From assembly GCA_964016885.1 (NCBI GenBank), contig OZ024741.1, forward strand, positions 367,226,001-367,290,000: a stretch of 64,000 nucleotides of DNA. The letters are read 5' to 3'. The stretch is from Eledone cirrhosa. Its lineage: Eukaryota. The stretch's first letter is position 1, and every line of letters starts with the position of its first letter. Position numbers and translations under genes: made by a program. Shown here piece by piece: positions 28,190 to 41,090 of this stretch. Under the pieces are notes generated by a model that was given only the letters and a program-made list of their open reading frames with translations, made no database searches and was not told the origin of the DNA.

Positions 28190-29050
28190 CAACCTCCTTA
28201 GTACTGGTGCCACGATAAAATATACCCAGTTGATTTTGTAAGATGGTGGTGCTAGTGCCACAATAAAACATATCCAGTTGACTCTGTAAGATGGTGGTGT
28301 TGGTGCCACAATAAAACATATCCAGTTGACTCTGTAAGATGGTGGTGCTGGTGCCACAATAAAACATATCCAGTTGACTCTGTAAGATGGTGGTGTTGGT
28401 GCCACAATAAAACATATCCAGTTGACTCTGTAAGATGGTGGTGCTGGTGCCACAATAAAACATATCCAGTTGACTCTATAAGATGGTGGTGTTGGTGCCA
28501 CAATAAAATATACCCAGTTGACTGTAAGATGGTGGTGCTGGTGCCACAATAAAACATATCCAGTTGACTCTGTAAGATGGTGGTGCTGGTGCCACAATAA
28601 AACATATCCAGTTGACTCTGTAAGATGGTGGTGTTGGTGCCACGATAAAATATACCCAGTTGACTCTGTAAGATGGTGGTGCTGGTGCCACAATAAAACA
28701 TATCCAGTTGACTCTGTAAGATGGTGGTGTTGGTGCCACGATAAAATATACCCAGTTGACTCTGTAAGATGGTGGTGTTGGTGCCACAATAAAATATACC
28801 CAGTTGACTGTAAGATGGTGGTGCTGGTGCCACAATAAAATATATCCCTTCGACTGTAAGATGGTGGTGCTGGTGTCACAATAAAATATATCCCTTCGAC
28901 TGTAAGATGGTGGTGCTGGTGTCACAATAAAATATATCCAGTTGACTCTGTAAGATGGTGGTGCTGGTGCCACAATAAAACGAATCCAGTCCACTCTATA
29001 AGATGGTGCTAGTGCCATGATAAAATGTACTCAGTGCACCCTGTAAGGTG
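28190..29050. repeat. 48-bp minisatellite amplified from a SINE/LINE 3'-UTR segment
   Basis: Unit ggtgccacaataaaacatatccagttgactctgtaagatggtggtgct, about 17 copies; resembles the gtgccac...cactgtaaa segment of the SINE/RTE tails (e.g. reverse complement of 7440-7500 and 33750-33790). Confidence 0.9.
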
Positions 29051-30234
29051 GTTAATTTAAAGGACACACCAAATATGGAATGAATGAGATGAGGTCACTC
29101 TGATGTGTCTGGTCTCAAATTCTGACAACCTGTCCAATCGATGACAATGTGGAAAGAGGACATAAAAACGATGATGATATATGAGGCATGTGTACTTCTA
29201 AAAGAAAGGTAAAATAATACATGTGTATGGAAAAATAGATGTTAAATGATGATGATGATAAGAGCACATATTGCTGATAGAATCAACAGACAAGGTCCAT
29301 CCCTCTTGAGAATTGTCACTTTAATTCAACCAATGAGCACACACACACACATGTAGAAATTATGCATATATTATTTCCTATTCAAGATACAATTTATCAA
29401 TAGCAATGTATTTTAAGCTTGGTAATTTATTAAAAGATAAAACTGACATTTCTTTTGTGAATTATAAACATGGAACAAAAGTACAAAATCCATAGTTTTA
29501 TGAAACAATCCCTACCCATTTTAAAAGGGTTCTTATCTAAATCCAAATCTACCAGCATTTAAAATATCCAACAATTTGATATAAGAATATTTTATTTAGC
29601 TATGTTATAAATATAATCTTGAAAATGAAATAATTTTAGTTTTAGTAAATCCCTCCAAATCTTTCAATATATCATCATCATCATCATCATTTTACGTCCA
29701 TTTTTCCACGCTATTTATTTATGTTTACACATGTAACAAAAGCGCTACCTAAGGTTTCAAGGCCCAATATTGGTCATATCTCCAGAAGATATGGGAGATC
29801 AAAATTTTGACCTAATCTTTAAGCACTTATATGAGTTTATAAGATACTGTTAGAAGTAAAGTGTGCTAAAATGCTAGTTTAGGAAAAACGTATTATAACA
29901 AAGGGAAATAACTCCAAGATGTAAATTTGAAATAACGAAGTCGTACAAGTGTTAGTATTCTACATATAAATATATATATTATTATTATGTGGGGTTAATC
30001 AATCAGGGATGTGCAGACCATATTTTAGTTGGTCAACTGTGATGCAGATAAAATGTAGCATTCAACGACCAGTATAAATGGTACAAGCCAGAGCATTATA
30101 TAGTATTAAAAAGGTTGGAGGCCATATGCAGAGGCCAGCTGGCGCAGAAACAACATCAACACATTTTGCTGTCCCCTGTATCATGAAAGGAAGAAAATTT
30201 TCCAAAGTTTTTGAATTCTTTTAAAGGTTTTTAT

Positions 30235-30303
30235 ACTGTCTGACAAGCCCAGGTTGGAGGAACACTATCTGGTTGTGGTCCTTAGCGAAATATGTATCAT
30301 AGT
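30235..30303 (+). ncRNA. Decayed hammerhead ribozyme inside a (TA)-flanked partial fold-back (arms 30094-30132 and 30326-30360)
   Basis: actgt CTGACAA gc...gc GAAA tatgta TC atagt; the CTGACAA core and atatgtat stem III are CpG-type transitions from CTGACGA and atacgtat. Confidence 0.55.
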
Positions 30304-30552
30304 GATATAAATAAACCTAAATCAACTGCATATGGCCTCCAATCTTTTTAATACTATATATATATATACACACACACTCACACATACATAATACATGTAC
30401 ATGTACACACACATATAGATATAAAATTAGTAAAAGTGTTGCATATAAGCAAATACTAACGAACAAGAAGTACTTTTAAAAATGGGATAAAATAAAAGAG
30501 AGAAAAGGTAACCGGGCAAATACCAAAATTAGAAATCTTCTGATGGGGTGGT

Positions 30553-30850
30553 GGAGGGAGGTTTCAAGACTTCTAGATGGGTGAATATCATAAGGAATAC
30601 TCAAACAGGGGAAGGTGGTGTGTATAGGAGGGAGGTTTCAAGACTTCTAGATGGGTGAATATCATAAGGAATACTCAAACAGGGGAAGGTGGTGTGTATA
30701 GGAGGGAGGTTTCAAGACTTCTAGATGGGTGGATATTATAAGGAATATATAGACAGGGGCTGGGTGGTGTGTATATAGGAGGGTGGAGCAGTCTGGAGGT
30801 TTCTTAGATGGGTGAATGTCTTGAGGAAATTTCAGACAGAAATAAAATAC
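30553..30850. repeat. 74-bp tandem repeat, about 4 copies
   Basis: ggagggaggtttcaagacttctagatgggtgaatatc... at 30553, 30627 and 30701, then degenerate. Confidence 0.9.
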
Positions 30851-31220
30851 ATGGGAGGGGGTATTTAAAGATTTCTAGACCTGCAAATGACTTAAAAATG
30901 GACATGTGTTGAAAACAACAGAGTATGTGTTTTAGTTCTCACTAAATGTAGTTCAGTCATTTTCTAATCAGTCAGTGACTTACAGGCACACAAATGTATG
31001 TATGCGTATATGTTTGTGTTCGTGTGTGCAACTATACTAAGGATATGAGCAATAAACTTTGCTCTAATGAATAATTTAATTACATTCAATATCTAATCAT
31101 GAAAAATGTTTATATGTAACTATGTGTGTATGTATGTGCGTGTATCATTAGCATTTCACATCCGTTTCTCTGTACATATGCAGTATGTGTGTAAGTGAGC
31201 ATATAATTGAGATGCCATTG

Positions 31221-31635
31221 CAACCACCACCATCACCACAGCAAGCAACCACCACCATCACCACAGCAAGCAACCACCACCACAGCAAGCAACCACCACC
31301 ATCACCACAGCAAGCAACCACCACCATCACCACAGCAAGCAACCACCACCATCACCACAGCAAGCAACCACCACCATCACCACAGCAAGCAACCACCACC
31401 ATCACCACAGCAAGCAACCACCACCATCACCACAGCAAGCAACCACCACCATCACCACTGCAAGCAACCACCACCATGACCACAGCAAGCAACCACCACC
31501 ATCACCACAGCAAGCAACCACCACCATCACCACAGCAAGCAACCACCACAGCAAGCAACCACCACCATCACCACAGCAAGCAACCACCACCATCACCACA
31601 GCAAGCAACCACCACCATCACCACAGCAAGCAACA
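31221..31635. repeat. 25-bp minisatellite
   Basis: Unit caaccaccaccatcaccacagcaag. Confidence 0.95.
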
Positions 31636-31722
31636 CATTGCAGCCATTCATAAATAAAACATTTAACTTAATTTCAATAGATAGTATATATCTTCATCCA
31701 ATGTATATATGTATGTAAAAAG

Positions 31723-31767
<45 letters not shown>

Positions 31768-31877
31768 CCCTGCTATCGTGGAAAGTGGACATTAAACGAT
31801 GATGATGATATATATATATAAATCTATGTTTAGAACTGTTAAGCGAGTAATAAATTTTTGAACATATGTTAGCATTA

Positions 31878-32252
31878 AAGAAATGAAGCAAACATGCTCC
31901 GATGGATTTGCAATGTCAACATGCATGAACGATAAAGCATAGATGAGTCGAGAGAGAAACTGTGTATAAGAGGGATAAGCTGTAGTGCGCAGAAGAGAAG
32001 ACTGCGTCGGTATGGACATATGAAGCGCATGGAGGATGGCTGCTGGGTAAAGAAGTGCCAAGAAATCCCAGTGGAAGGAAGACGCAGTCGAGGAAGACCA
32101 TGAAAATCATGGGCGGAGGTGGTAAGAGCTGACCTCAGATCGCTGAAGTTCATAGAGGAGATGACGAAGGACTGTGACGAATGGAGATGCAGTGCTGAAT
32201 AGAACCTGTCCCACCTTGGCAAACAGGGAAAAGTGGACATAAAATGATGATG
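31878..32252 (+). mobile_element. RTE LINE 3' fragment, second subfamily, degenerate
   Basis: Decayed ...RRLRRYGHMKRMEDGCWVKKC...GRP..SW sequence followed by tail ggaaaagtggacataaaatgatgatg. Shorter relatives at 24605-24790 and 41520-41700. Confidence 0.85.
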
Positions 32253-33784
32253 TTAGCATAAAGTTATCAGTTTCAATGCACGTTGTGAAAAATAGTCTTA
32301 CAACTTTGGCATATAAGCCACAGGAGATAGAAAAAAGTGGACAGCATAGCGAGTAGAATAGATAAATATGGCACCAGAAAAATGGAATAATTTATTAGAT
32401 ATAATTAATTCAATTTAATATCAACAATGAAGTAATAGAACAATTTAATTTGCATATAATGATTTCTAACATTTAGAAAAATATTACATCCAAAATAGCT
32501 GGATGTAAGCATGAATGGTTAAGAAGTTTGCTTCATAATCATGAGGTCCTGGGTTCAATCCCACTGTGTAGAACCTTGGGCAAGTGTTTGGGACAAACAA
32601 AGCCTTGTGATTGAAATTACGAGGACCCTCTTGTCTATAGCTGGTCATGAGTTATGTACCCCTGACTTACTGACCATGGATTTGGTTTTTTAAGGCACAA
32701 AGCCTGAGTAAGGTATTTTGTAGAAGACCAGCAGTTGCCCATGCATGCCAATCTCTTTCCATGTAACCAATGTTATCCAAAGAAAAGGCAAATAACTTAG
32801 CATTAATGTCATGGCAACTCATTTTTTTTTTTTCCAGTTAGATGGACTGAAGCAACAGTGTCTTTCTCAAGGACACAATTCTCTGGCCAGTCCAGGAATC
32901 ATACTCACGACCTTATGATCATGAGCCCAGCACTCTAACCACTAAGCCACATGTACTCCAGAATGAAACTGGGTAGACAGAAACTGTGAGAATAACCATC
33001 TGATGGTTTGTACTTGTAATTGCAAGATCCAGCTGTATCGCATTTTGTCACACTGATTCTGCCTGAGAATTATAAGAGTCATGGAATATTCAACCACTTA
33101 TATGTTAATTCATGAGTTGGACGGTGAATTGATCAAACAACTGAATACAAATTTTTGAAACTAACAAAGGATCCTACAAATTTTTGAAACTAACAAAGGA
33201 TCCATCATCATCATCAACTACTAGCTTCCAAAAGGTGGGGGACATTTTACAAACTTATTTTGGGAAAAATACAGCATCTTCCACTCTTGGGGAAAATATG
33301 ATAAATATAAATATTTAAAAATCAAGCAGTTTTGTATCACAGGACTTATGGTGATTTCAGGCTGATTGGTATAAAAAAGTTAATCAATGAACATGGCCCT
33401 TTTTAGGTGAGAAAAAAGGGAGATATTGACAGATCTCAGACATAGCCTGAATACTTGCACTGAAGTGAATTCCCTAAAAATACACAAGGACTAATATTCA
33501 AGAACCAGATATTAGTTCAAAATTCGACTTGAAAAGGAGGATTGGTACAATTTGCCAAGGCATCAAACTCAGAACCACATAATTGCAAAACAAGCATCTT
33601 AAGCATGCAACCATGCCAACATTTGTGACTTGAACATCACTGTTGCACATCACTTCATCATTTTACATCTGCTTTCCCTGCCTTGATCTATATTCCATAT
33701 TTAGACATGGTTCCTACAGCTGGATGCCCTTCCTTATGCCAACCACATTTACAGTGTCTACAGGCTGCATTTTATTGTGGAACC

Positions 33785-33910
33785 AGCACTACTACTTTAC
33801 AGAGCACTACTACTTTACAGAGCACTACTACTTTACAGAGCACTACTACTTTACAGAGCACTACTACTTTACAGAGCACTACTACTTTACAGAGCACTAC
33901 GACTTTACAG
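33785..33910. repeat. 18-bp minisatellite inside a SINE fragment
   Basis: agcactactactttacag repeated 7 times. Confidence 0.9.
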
Positions 33911-35108
33911 CACACTCATTATTCTCTATCGTCTAATTTTGTTCCAGTGTCCTACTTTTCTATCAATAGAATAATTTACTAAATTCATCTTGAGAGAAGA
34001 ATGTTCTCAGGTATAGAACAAAAGTAAAAATAAATAAGTAATAATAATAAAAAAGAAAATTTAAAAAGAAAACCGACACCAAGAGTAAAAGCCTACAATG
34101 GGAACTACTATTTTCTTTATATTTATTACAGGACAAATGTGAAGTTAAAATAGATGTCAGTCAGAGGAATAAAAAAAATAACTGCAATCATCAAGACGGT
34201 CAGACAGACAGACAGACAGACACACATACACACACGAACACACACACACGTGCACACACACATACACATATGCACATGCACATGTGCACACACAGACATA
34301 TACAAACACACATGCACACACACAAATATACATACACATGCATCCATACACACTTTTACTAATTGCAACCAGTGTACTGTGGTCATGCTGGAGTAGCACT
34401 AGTCCAAAGTATAGGTGCAACCCTGATTTTTTTTTTTTTTTGAAACCTGATGATGGTTATACACTAACTTTTAACAGGGATAATTATGGATGAACACGTG
34501 AATTTTCTCGAAACCCACCAGAACATCGAAAAGGAAGATAAGGCACTGCTGTGGGGTTGTAAGGGCGAGCGGAAACATGCAAAGCAGTGTTGGTCAAACT
34601 AGCGCACCAGCCCAGAGCTTATGGGATGCCATCCAGTGCAACATGGCCTCGGACAGGCTAGCGTGCCAGCTCGACCAGCACTGCCTCACAACCCCATCAG
34701 ACTAGTTAATTCATATTAGTGAATGGAAGTTGATAGTATGGCAGTAGATTTCATTTTAAACATTTGCACCTTCATTTTATTATAGTTGTGTGATATGGAG
34801 TGGGTTTCTGACTTATGTTTCTAGCAAATACACTGTATTATGTCAGTGGAACATGGTCCAATGGTTAGGAGATTTACCTTTTAATCATTAGGTCTCAGTT
34901 TCAATCTCACTACATGGCATCTTGGGTAAGTGTAAATGAACACAGCTTCAGGACAACCTATGCCTGGAGTTAAATATTTTCAAGTAAGTATTTAATTCCA
35001 CTAATATAGCTTAATTTGGTTCAGTGTTCAGTAGCCAATATACACATATATACACAAGGTCTAAACACAAAGGAACAAAACTCCCACTGTCACTGCCTTC
35101 GTTTCTCC

Positions 35109-35390
35109 TCATCTCTCACTATTGTGAGCAAATGGGGCCCCACATGCTGGCCGCCCCATGGCCCCGGCAGACAGAATAGAGAAGGTGTTTCCCCGGAGAA
35201 TGGTGAGGGAGGCATGTTGGAAAGCCAATTCCAGCTCACAAGGCTCACACTTGCAGGTAGCCAACTCTATGCCGATGGTGGTGAGCAGGAAGGTGACCCT
35301 AGGGCCAAAGACACCTGAAGTCTCCACTGCCACTGGCTTGACCGCAACCTTGTCAGAGAGTGACCGACATTTGGAGAGTTTACCCTCCTC
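35109..35390 (-). mobile_element. C-terminal fragment of a restriction-like-endonuclease non-LTR element (CRE-like)
   Basis: Translation KLSKCRSLSDKVAVKPVAVETSGVFGP...FQHASLTILRGNTFSIL matches the K..KY..L....F.PVAVET.G..G...FQR.S.AIQRGNA.SI pattern of CRE-clade ORF ends. Confidence 0.75.
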
Positions 35391-35859
35391 GGCCTGAAGT
35401 GCAGCAGAGTCTGGGTTTTGTGAGTGAAATTGGGTAGAAGGAAACTGTTTGGAAGCCTGTCGGGTGGACTGTACCTGTAATTCAAAGGGCCTGTCTTGTC
35501 ACACACACACAGTGTCATGTTGAATTTCTCTCAGAATTATTACAGGTACACATGCATTTGGAATGCTCAGGCACTTATACGTTAATTTTATGAGCAGGTT
35601 GTACCATTGGGTGAACATCTTGAACACTTCCCATTGAAACCAACAGAAGTGCATCACATCTGTAGTGGTTCAAGAGACCTGTGTCATTAATTACAGAGGT
35701 CAAATGACCATATATGGACATCAGTCTACAAGGAGACTTTCTTTTGCACCAATAATATCATGCTTGCCATTTGTCACAATCCTACTCTCTTCTCATACTT
35801 TCTCTTTTCCACTCTCTACTTCACATTCCTCTTTCTCTCTAATCTCTCTCTGCTTTGTA

Positions 35860-36180
35860 CATCATAGAACCCCATTTCCCTTTCTCTCTACCACTCTCTA
35901 CTTCATACTTCACAGAACACCCTCCTCTCCCCTCTACTTCATGCGCCACAAAACTCCCCCTCTCTCTACTCCATACTTCACAAAGCCCAAGTTCCTTCTC
36001 TCTCTCTCTCTACTCCATGCTTCACAGAACCCCACCTCTCTCTCTCTACTTCATGCTTTACAGAACCCCCTCCTCTCTCTATTCCATGCTTCACAGAACC
36101 CCCTCCTCTTTCTCCCTCTACTTCATGCTTTACCGAACCCTACCACTCTCTCTCTACTTCATGCTTCACAGAACCCAATG
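35860..36180. repeat. Degenerate about 33-bp pyrimidine-rich minisatellite
   Basis: ctctctacttcatgcttcacagaaccc repeated about 9 times. Confidence 0.8.
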
Positions 36181-37027
36181 ACCTCTTTCTCCCTCTCTTG
36201 TTTCCTTTGTCTTCATTCATTCCCAAGTTTCTCCCACACTTTAGTAAGTTTCTCTTTCCCACACACTTTTATTTACTCTCATGGTCTGTCTCTGTGACTA
36301 ATCAATGACTGTGCACCAAGCCAAAATCCTTGAAAACCCAAACTTAATAGTTAGTAAACCACACATACACACACCTGACCAAATTGCTGTATGTGTGTGT
36401 ACACACATCACACTGTTTTGTGTACATACACACACACACAATTAACAGCTCATATAGTCTCTCTTTCCCTGTTGCCTCTCTCTTCCTTCTATTATTCCTG
36501 CTTAAATATTTTATTTCCTGTTAAGTGCTGTGTGTGTATATATGCACTGTGTGTGTGTGTATGTTATGATTATCATGTGTTTGTATGTATATGTACCATG
36601 TGCGTGTGTATACATATGAACTATGCATGTTTGTATGTATAATGTACTATGTTAATGTACCATATTTTTTTAGGTAAGTGTATTATATGTGTGCATATAT
36701 GTGAATGTATTTAATGTATATATTTCATTTGTTTATTTGCATCTATAAACAACATATACAGCATGTATGCACATTGTGTGCCTAATGTGTATAAAGGTAC
36801 ATAGTTTAGTGTTTATGGGGTTCAGAATCATAAGGTTGCAAGTTTGATTCCTGGTGGTGCATTGTATCCTTGACCAAGACTCTTTATTTCATATTATAAT
36901 AATAATTGTTTCTATATTTGGCACAAGGCCAGCAATTACCCCAGTGTATTACTGGTACTTTATTTTTATCAACCCCGTAAGGATGAAAGGCTGCTCAGGT
37001 GCATTACAACAATAAAAAAGTTGGGTA

Positions 37028-37100
37028 TGAGCACATATGGGAGTCGAACCCACACCTGTTGTTTGCCGGACAAGTACGCTACCGTTAAGCTAATGAACCC
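37028..37100 (-). pseudogene. tRNA-Ala-like cloverleaf (anticodon GGC); probable SINE head or pseudo-tRNA
   Basis: gggttca...tgtgctc acceptor stem with one mismatch; A box tagcttaacggt; ttgt-ccGGCaa-acaa anticodon arm; gtggg-ttcgact-cccat T arm; T6 run about 10 nt downstream. Confidence 0.65.
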
Positions 37101-38292
37101 ATCCAATGTTGTTTCAGTTCACTCAGCTGGGAAAAATTAAAGGTACCTGTAATTCAAAGGGATAGCCTTGTCACATACTGTGCCACACTGAATCTCTCTC
37201 TCTCTGAAGTAGATTATAGGTGCATATGTCTGTGGAATGCTCAGTCACTTGCATGTTAATTTCATGAGCAGGTTGTTCCATTGATTGAACTACTGGAACA
37301 CTCCCTGTCAGAACTGGCTGACGTCTAACCCACCCACAATATATACCCAAGTCCAACACAATACTCTCAGGTCAGGAATAATTGTCCGTCCCCCACTTAT
37401 TATATTTTTCTAATCAAACTCCAGCAAAATTTTATTGTAAGTGATTCATATTGATGGAGAATCTAATAATAATTTTAAAATATTATATATTATATATAAC
37501 GCATTGAGTTACGGCCCTTGCCATTCTGAGTTCAAATCCCGCCAAAGTTAACTTTGCCTTTCATCCTTACGGGGTCGATAAAATAAAGTACCAGTAATGC
37601 AATACGATAATTGCTGGCCTTGTGCCAAAAGTAGAAACAATTATTATATATGACAAAAAAAGAACATTAACAAGAAATCCCATATTTATGAACATACACT
37701 ATACAATTACCGCCCCTGCCCTTCACTTATAAGAATTTAAGCAAATGTCCACCCTCACCTGCTTATTCCACCCCACCTCCCATTATTTGGGACCCGAGAG
37801 TACAACACAATACTATATATGTGGACATAGGCACTGCGAGATAGTTAAGAATTTTGCTGAAAAGTCTTGACTTCCTGGGTTCCATCCTACTGCATGACTT
37901 TCTGAACATTGTTTACAATAATCCCGAGTTGAACCAAGCTTTGTGAGTGAAACTGGATATAGAGAAAAGGGATTGTAGCTGTAATTCAAAGGATCACACA
38001 CTGTACCATGCTAATTTTGACTGAGAATCATGTTATCACACCAGATAACAAATCACCTGAAACCACCTTTTGAAAAAATTCATATTTACCTAAAAACTAC
38101 CCATCATAATTTTATGGAAGAACCTTTGTTAAGTTCAGTTCTAAACTTCAAATTAATAATGAGGAAGTTAGTTATTTTACTTAATCCCTCAAAATTCTTG
38201 ATTATTTTCAAAATTATTTGAAACACATTGGCAATGTATTTTATTAGAAATATGATAACGAAAGAGTTAAGAGTACATGTGCCTGTACAGAA

Positions 38293-39064
38293 TCATCATC
38301 ATCATCATCATCGTTTAACATCCATCTTCCACGCTAGCATGGGTCTGGACGGGAATTGACCCACTTGCTCAGGACTGTATGGCGGGTTTTCTACGGCTGG
38401 ATGCCCTTTCTAACATCAACCACGTTTACAGTGTGGACTGAGAGGTTTTTACCGTGTTACCTACATGGCCACATTACAGCATGGACTGTATGTTTTTTTG
38501 TCGTGATACCTACACGACCTCATTTATTTAGGACTGGATGTTGTACCAACATAGCTTTACATCGAAAGGGGTGGTGTAGATGGCGGTGGGGGTATTGGGA
38601 CGGGGGTGTATTTTGGTTAAGAGGTGCCTACTGATTGTAGGTTTCGCTTTGTACTTAGGCAAGGCGGGTCTTCTGTATTACTACGTAGCGCCAAAGATCT
38701 CGGTCCAGTGACATTGTCTTGGAGAGGTGTAAGTGTGTGAGGTCAGATTTTATCAAGTCGTCCCAGGTTTTTATGGGTCTGCCTACTCCGTAGCTACCGT
38801 CTATTTTGATCGCCCTGCACTTTTTTATACAGCTGTCATCTTTCATGCGCATCACGTGACCATACCAACATAGCCTTCTCTCGAGTAAACAGCATCTGAT
38901 CCCTCTTATTCCTAATTTCTCCTTTAGTTCATTTATGCTTTGCTGTTCATGTATATTACTGTTACACATCCAATGAAGCATGCAAGCTTTGTTCCTCTCC
39001 AGTCTGCATAGATCATCTGCACACAAGGCCCATGTCTCACTGCCATGTAACATCGCTTTTCGTA
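38293..39064 (-). mobile_element. RTE LINE 3' fragment (third copy of the 8.8-kb family)
   Basis: ORF 38655-39053 MLHGSETWALC...RRLCWYGHVMR...; 3' UTR and (GAT)n tail at about 38293. Confidence 0.93.
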
Positions 39065-40856
39065 CTTACTGCAATTGGAACAAAGCTGGCTAGCTAGAAG
39101 AACGAGCCCTGTAAGTTGGCCTGGCTCTATCTTTGCATTTTTGCTGTCCTCCTGGTTTATGCTAGCAAACTTGGCTCTTCTGAGTGTATGATCAACTAAG
39201 CTGTTTATTCATTGAATCGTTACCTGGGTGACAAAATCAGCAGTGGTGGAGGGTGCTCCGAAAGTACTGTAGCTAGAGTCCGAATGGGATGGAAAAAGTT
39301 CTTCTAGCTAGCCAGCTTTGTTCCAATTGCAGTAAGTATGAAGGTAGTATGGGAGGGGAGTACCAATGACAGCAGATGCTTCCACTGCTATGGATTCCAT
39401 GATAAATTATCATAATTCTATGCAATAATTGAAGAAGGACCTTCTTAGCTCTTGGGCCCTGGAACAAAGTTACAGCTGGACCCCACTTTCATAAGCCTTG
39501 CGCGCACACACACAGACACACATACATATAAATAAACCACTGTCAGTCTCAACAATGAGTGTTTCAGTTGTCTGTTCAACAGAACAGCCTGCTCATGAAA
39601 TTAACGTGTAAGTGGCTGAGCATTCTCCAGGCATGTATACATTTAATGTAATTCTCAGGAAGATTTAGCATAACTGTATGTGACAAGCCTGGCACTTTGA
39701 ATTACAGGTACAGCTCATCTAACAGGCTTCCAAATAGTTTCCATCTACAAGGCTATGGTAAATGACATTTGTCTAAGATACCATGCAGTAGGATCGAACC
39801 CAGGACATAATTTTGAAGTGAACTTCTTAACTATTCAGCCTTGCTGTGTCCACAACACACAAATATCATCATCATCATCCTCATTTAATGCTAGCATGGG
39901 TTAGACGAGTTGTCCTGTGTAAGACAAGCCAAATGAGATGACTGTCTTGCTCATGCAGAAGTATATGTATATGTACATATGGAATGGTATGGACTTGTAA
40001 CTCCTAAGGGAGTCATAGGGGTGCCATATTGACATATGGTGTTTTCTAGGGCATTTTTTAAAACCTGGTGGAGCCCATTCCCTCTCCAGGCCTGAGTACA
40101 GCAGATTTCTTCCAGAGAAGGATAGAGAAAGAATGGAAGTGAGAAAGAGATATAGAGGAAGAATCGACCCCAGTACCAGACTGGTACTTTTTTTTTAGCG
40201 ACCTTGAATGGATTGAAAGGTAAAGTTGACATCGGCTGGATTTTAAATGAAAGAGCAGACAGAATGAATGCTGAATACCACAAGGCAGCACTATCTGACA
40301 TTCTAACAACTCTGCCAATTCACCTTCTATGTACATATATATTTTTAATTACATTAGTCTTAAGTCCCAGTGACTGATTTCCCTCATCTCCTTGACTACC
40401 AATTTTACAAGTGGAATTCAACTCCTCCTCTCCTATGTAAATGCACTTCCCCACTGTCACTGGTGTCCACCAAATACCAAAGTGTGCAGTGTGTGAATAG
40501 CTGTCAACATTTATCTCACCACCAATACTCCACCTCACCACAAATTTTTTTCATTTTTGTAAACTTATTTTTCTATCAATCTGACCAAGTTTAGGTGTTT
40601 TTTCCCCATATCTTTTGCCCTTTTGAATTTACTAAAAATAAAGAAAAATGATTTCTTACACAAGCACAAGATCAGAAACATTAAATTTACAGCTCAGGTT
40701 TAGCTGGTCTTCTACAAGGGTGGATTTCTTAAGAGGTTTCTTAGGTATTTTAATGATATGGATGGACTCTAGTCCTATCATGAAAAGGAATGTGAAATGA
40801 AGCATCTTGCTAAAAAATACAGCATCTAGGAATTAAACCAACAACCTTATAATTGT

Positions 40857-41090
40857 GAGGAGGTGTGTGGCCTAGCAGTAAGGGTGTTGGACTTACGATC
40901 ACAATGTCATGGGTTCGATTCCTGGGCTGGGTTGCTCCAGTATACTCAGCTGAAAATGAGTACCAGCAATAGCTGGGGTTTTAACCCTGCGATGGACTGG
41001 CATCCTGTCCAGTGAAAGTCTTGTACTCTCAGTCGCTTCATGCCATGTACCGGCCTAATGAGCCTTCTGGCTTAAGACAGACTTTAGACC
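40857..41090 (+). mobile_element. tRNA-derived SINE with Meta-like central domain
   Basis: tggcctagcagtaagg and gggttcgattcc boxes, then tcagctgaaaatgagtacc...cctgcgatggactggcatcctgtccag. Relatives at 7152-7290 and 52570-52845. Confidence 0.7.

Noticed and set aside
22765-29050. CRISPR-like appearance of the 53-bp and 48-bp arrays
   Set aside because: No unique spacers, no cas genes, eukaryotic context; they are plain minisatellites.
34548-34701. SRP (7SL) RNA identity for the GC-rich hairpin
   Set aside because: No Alu-domain or helix 8 sequence match recognised.
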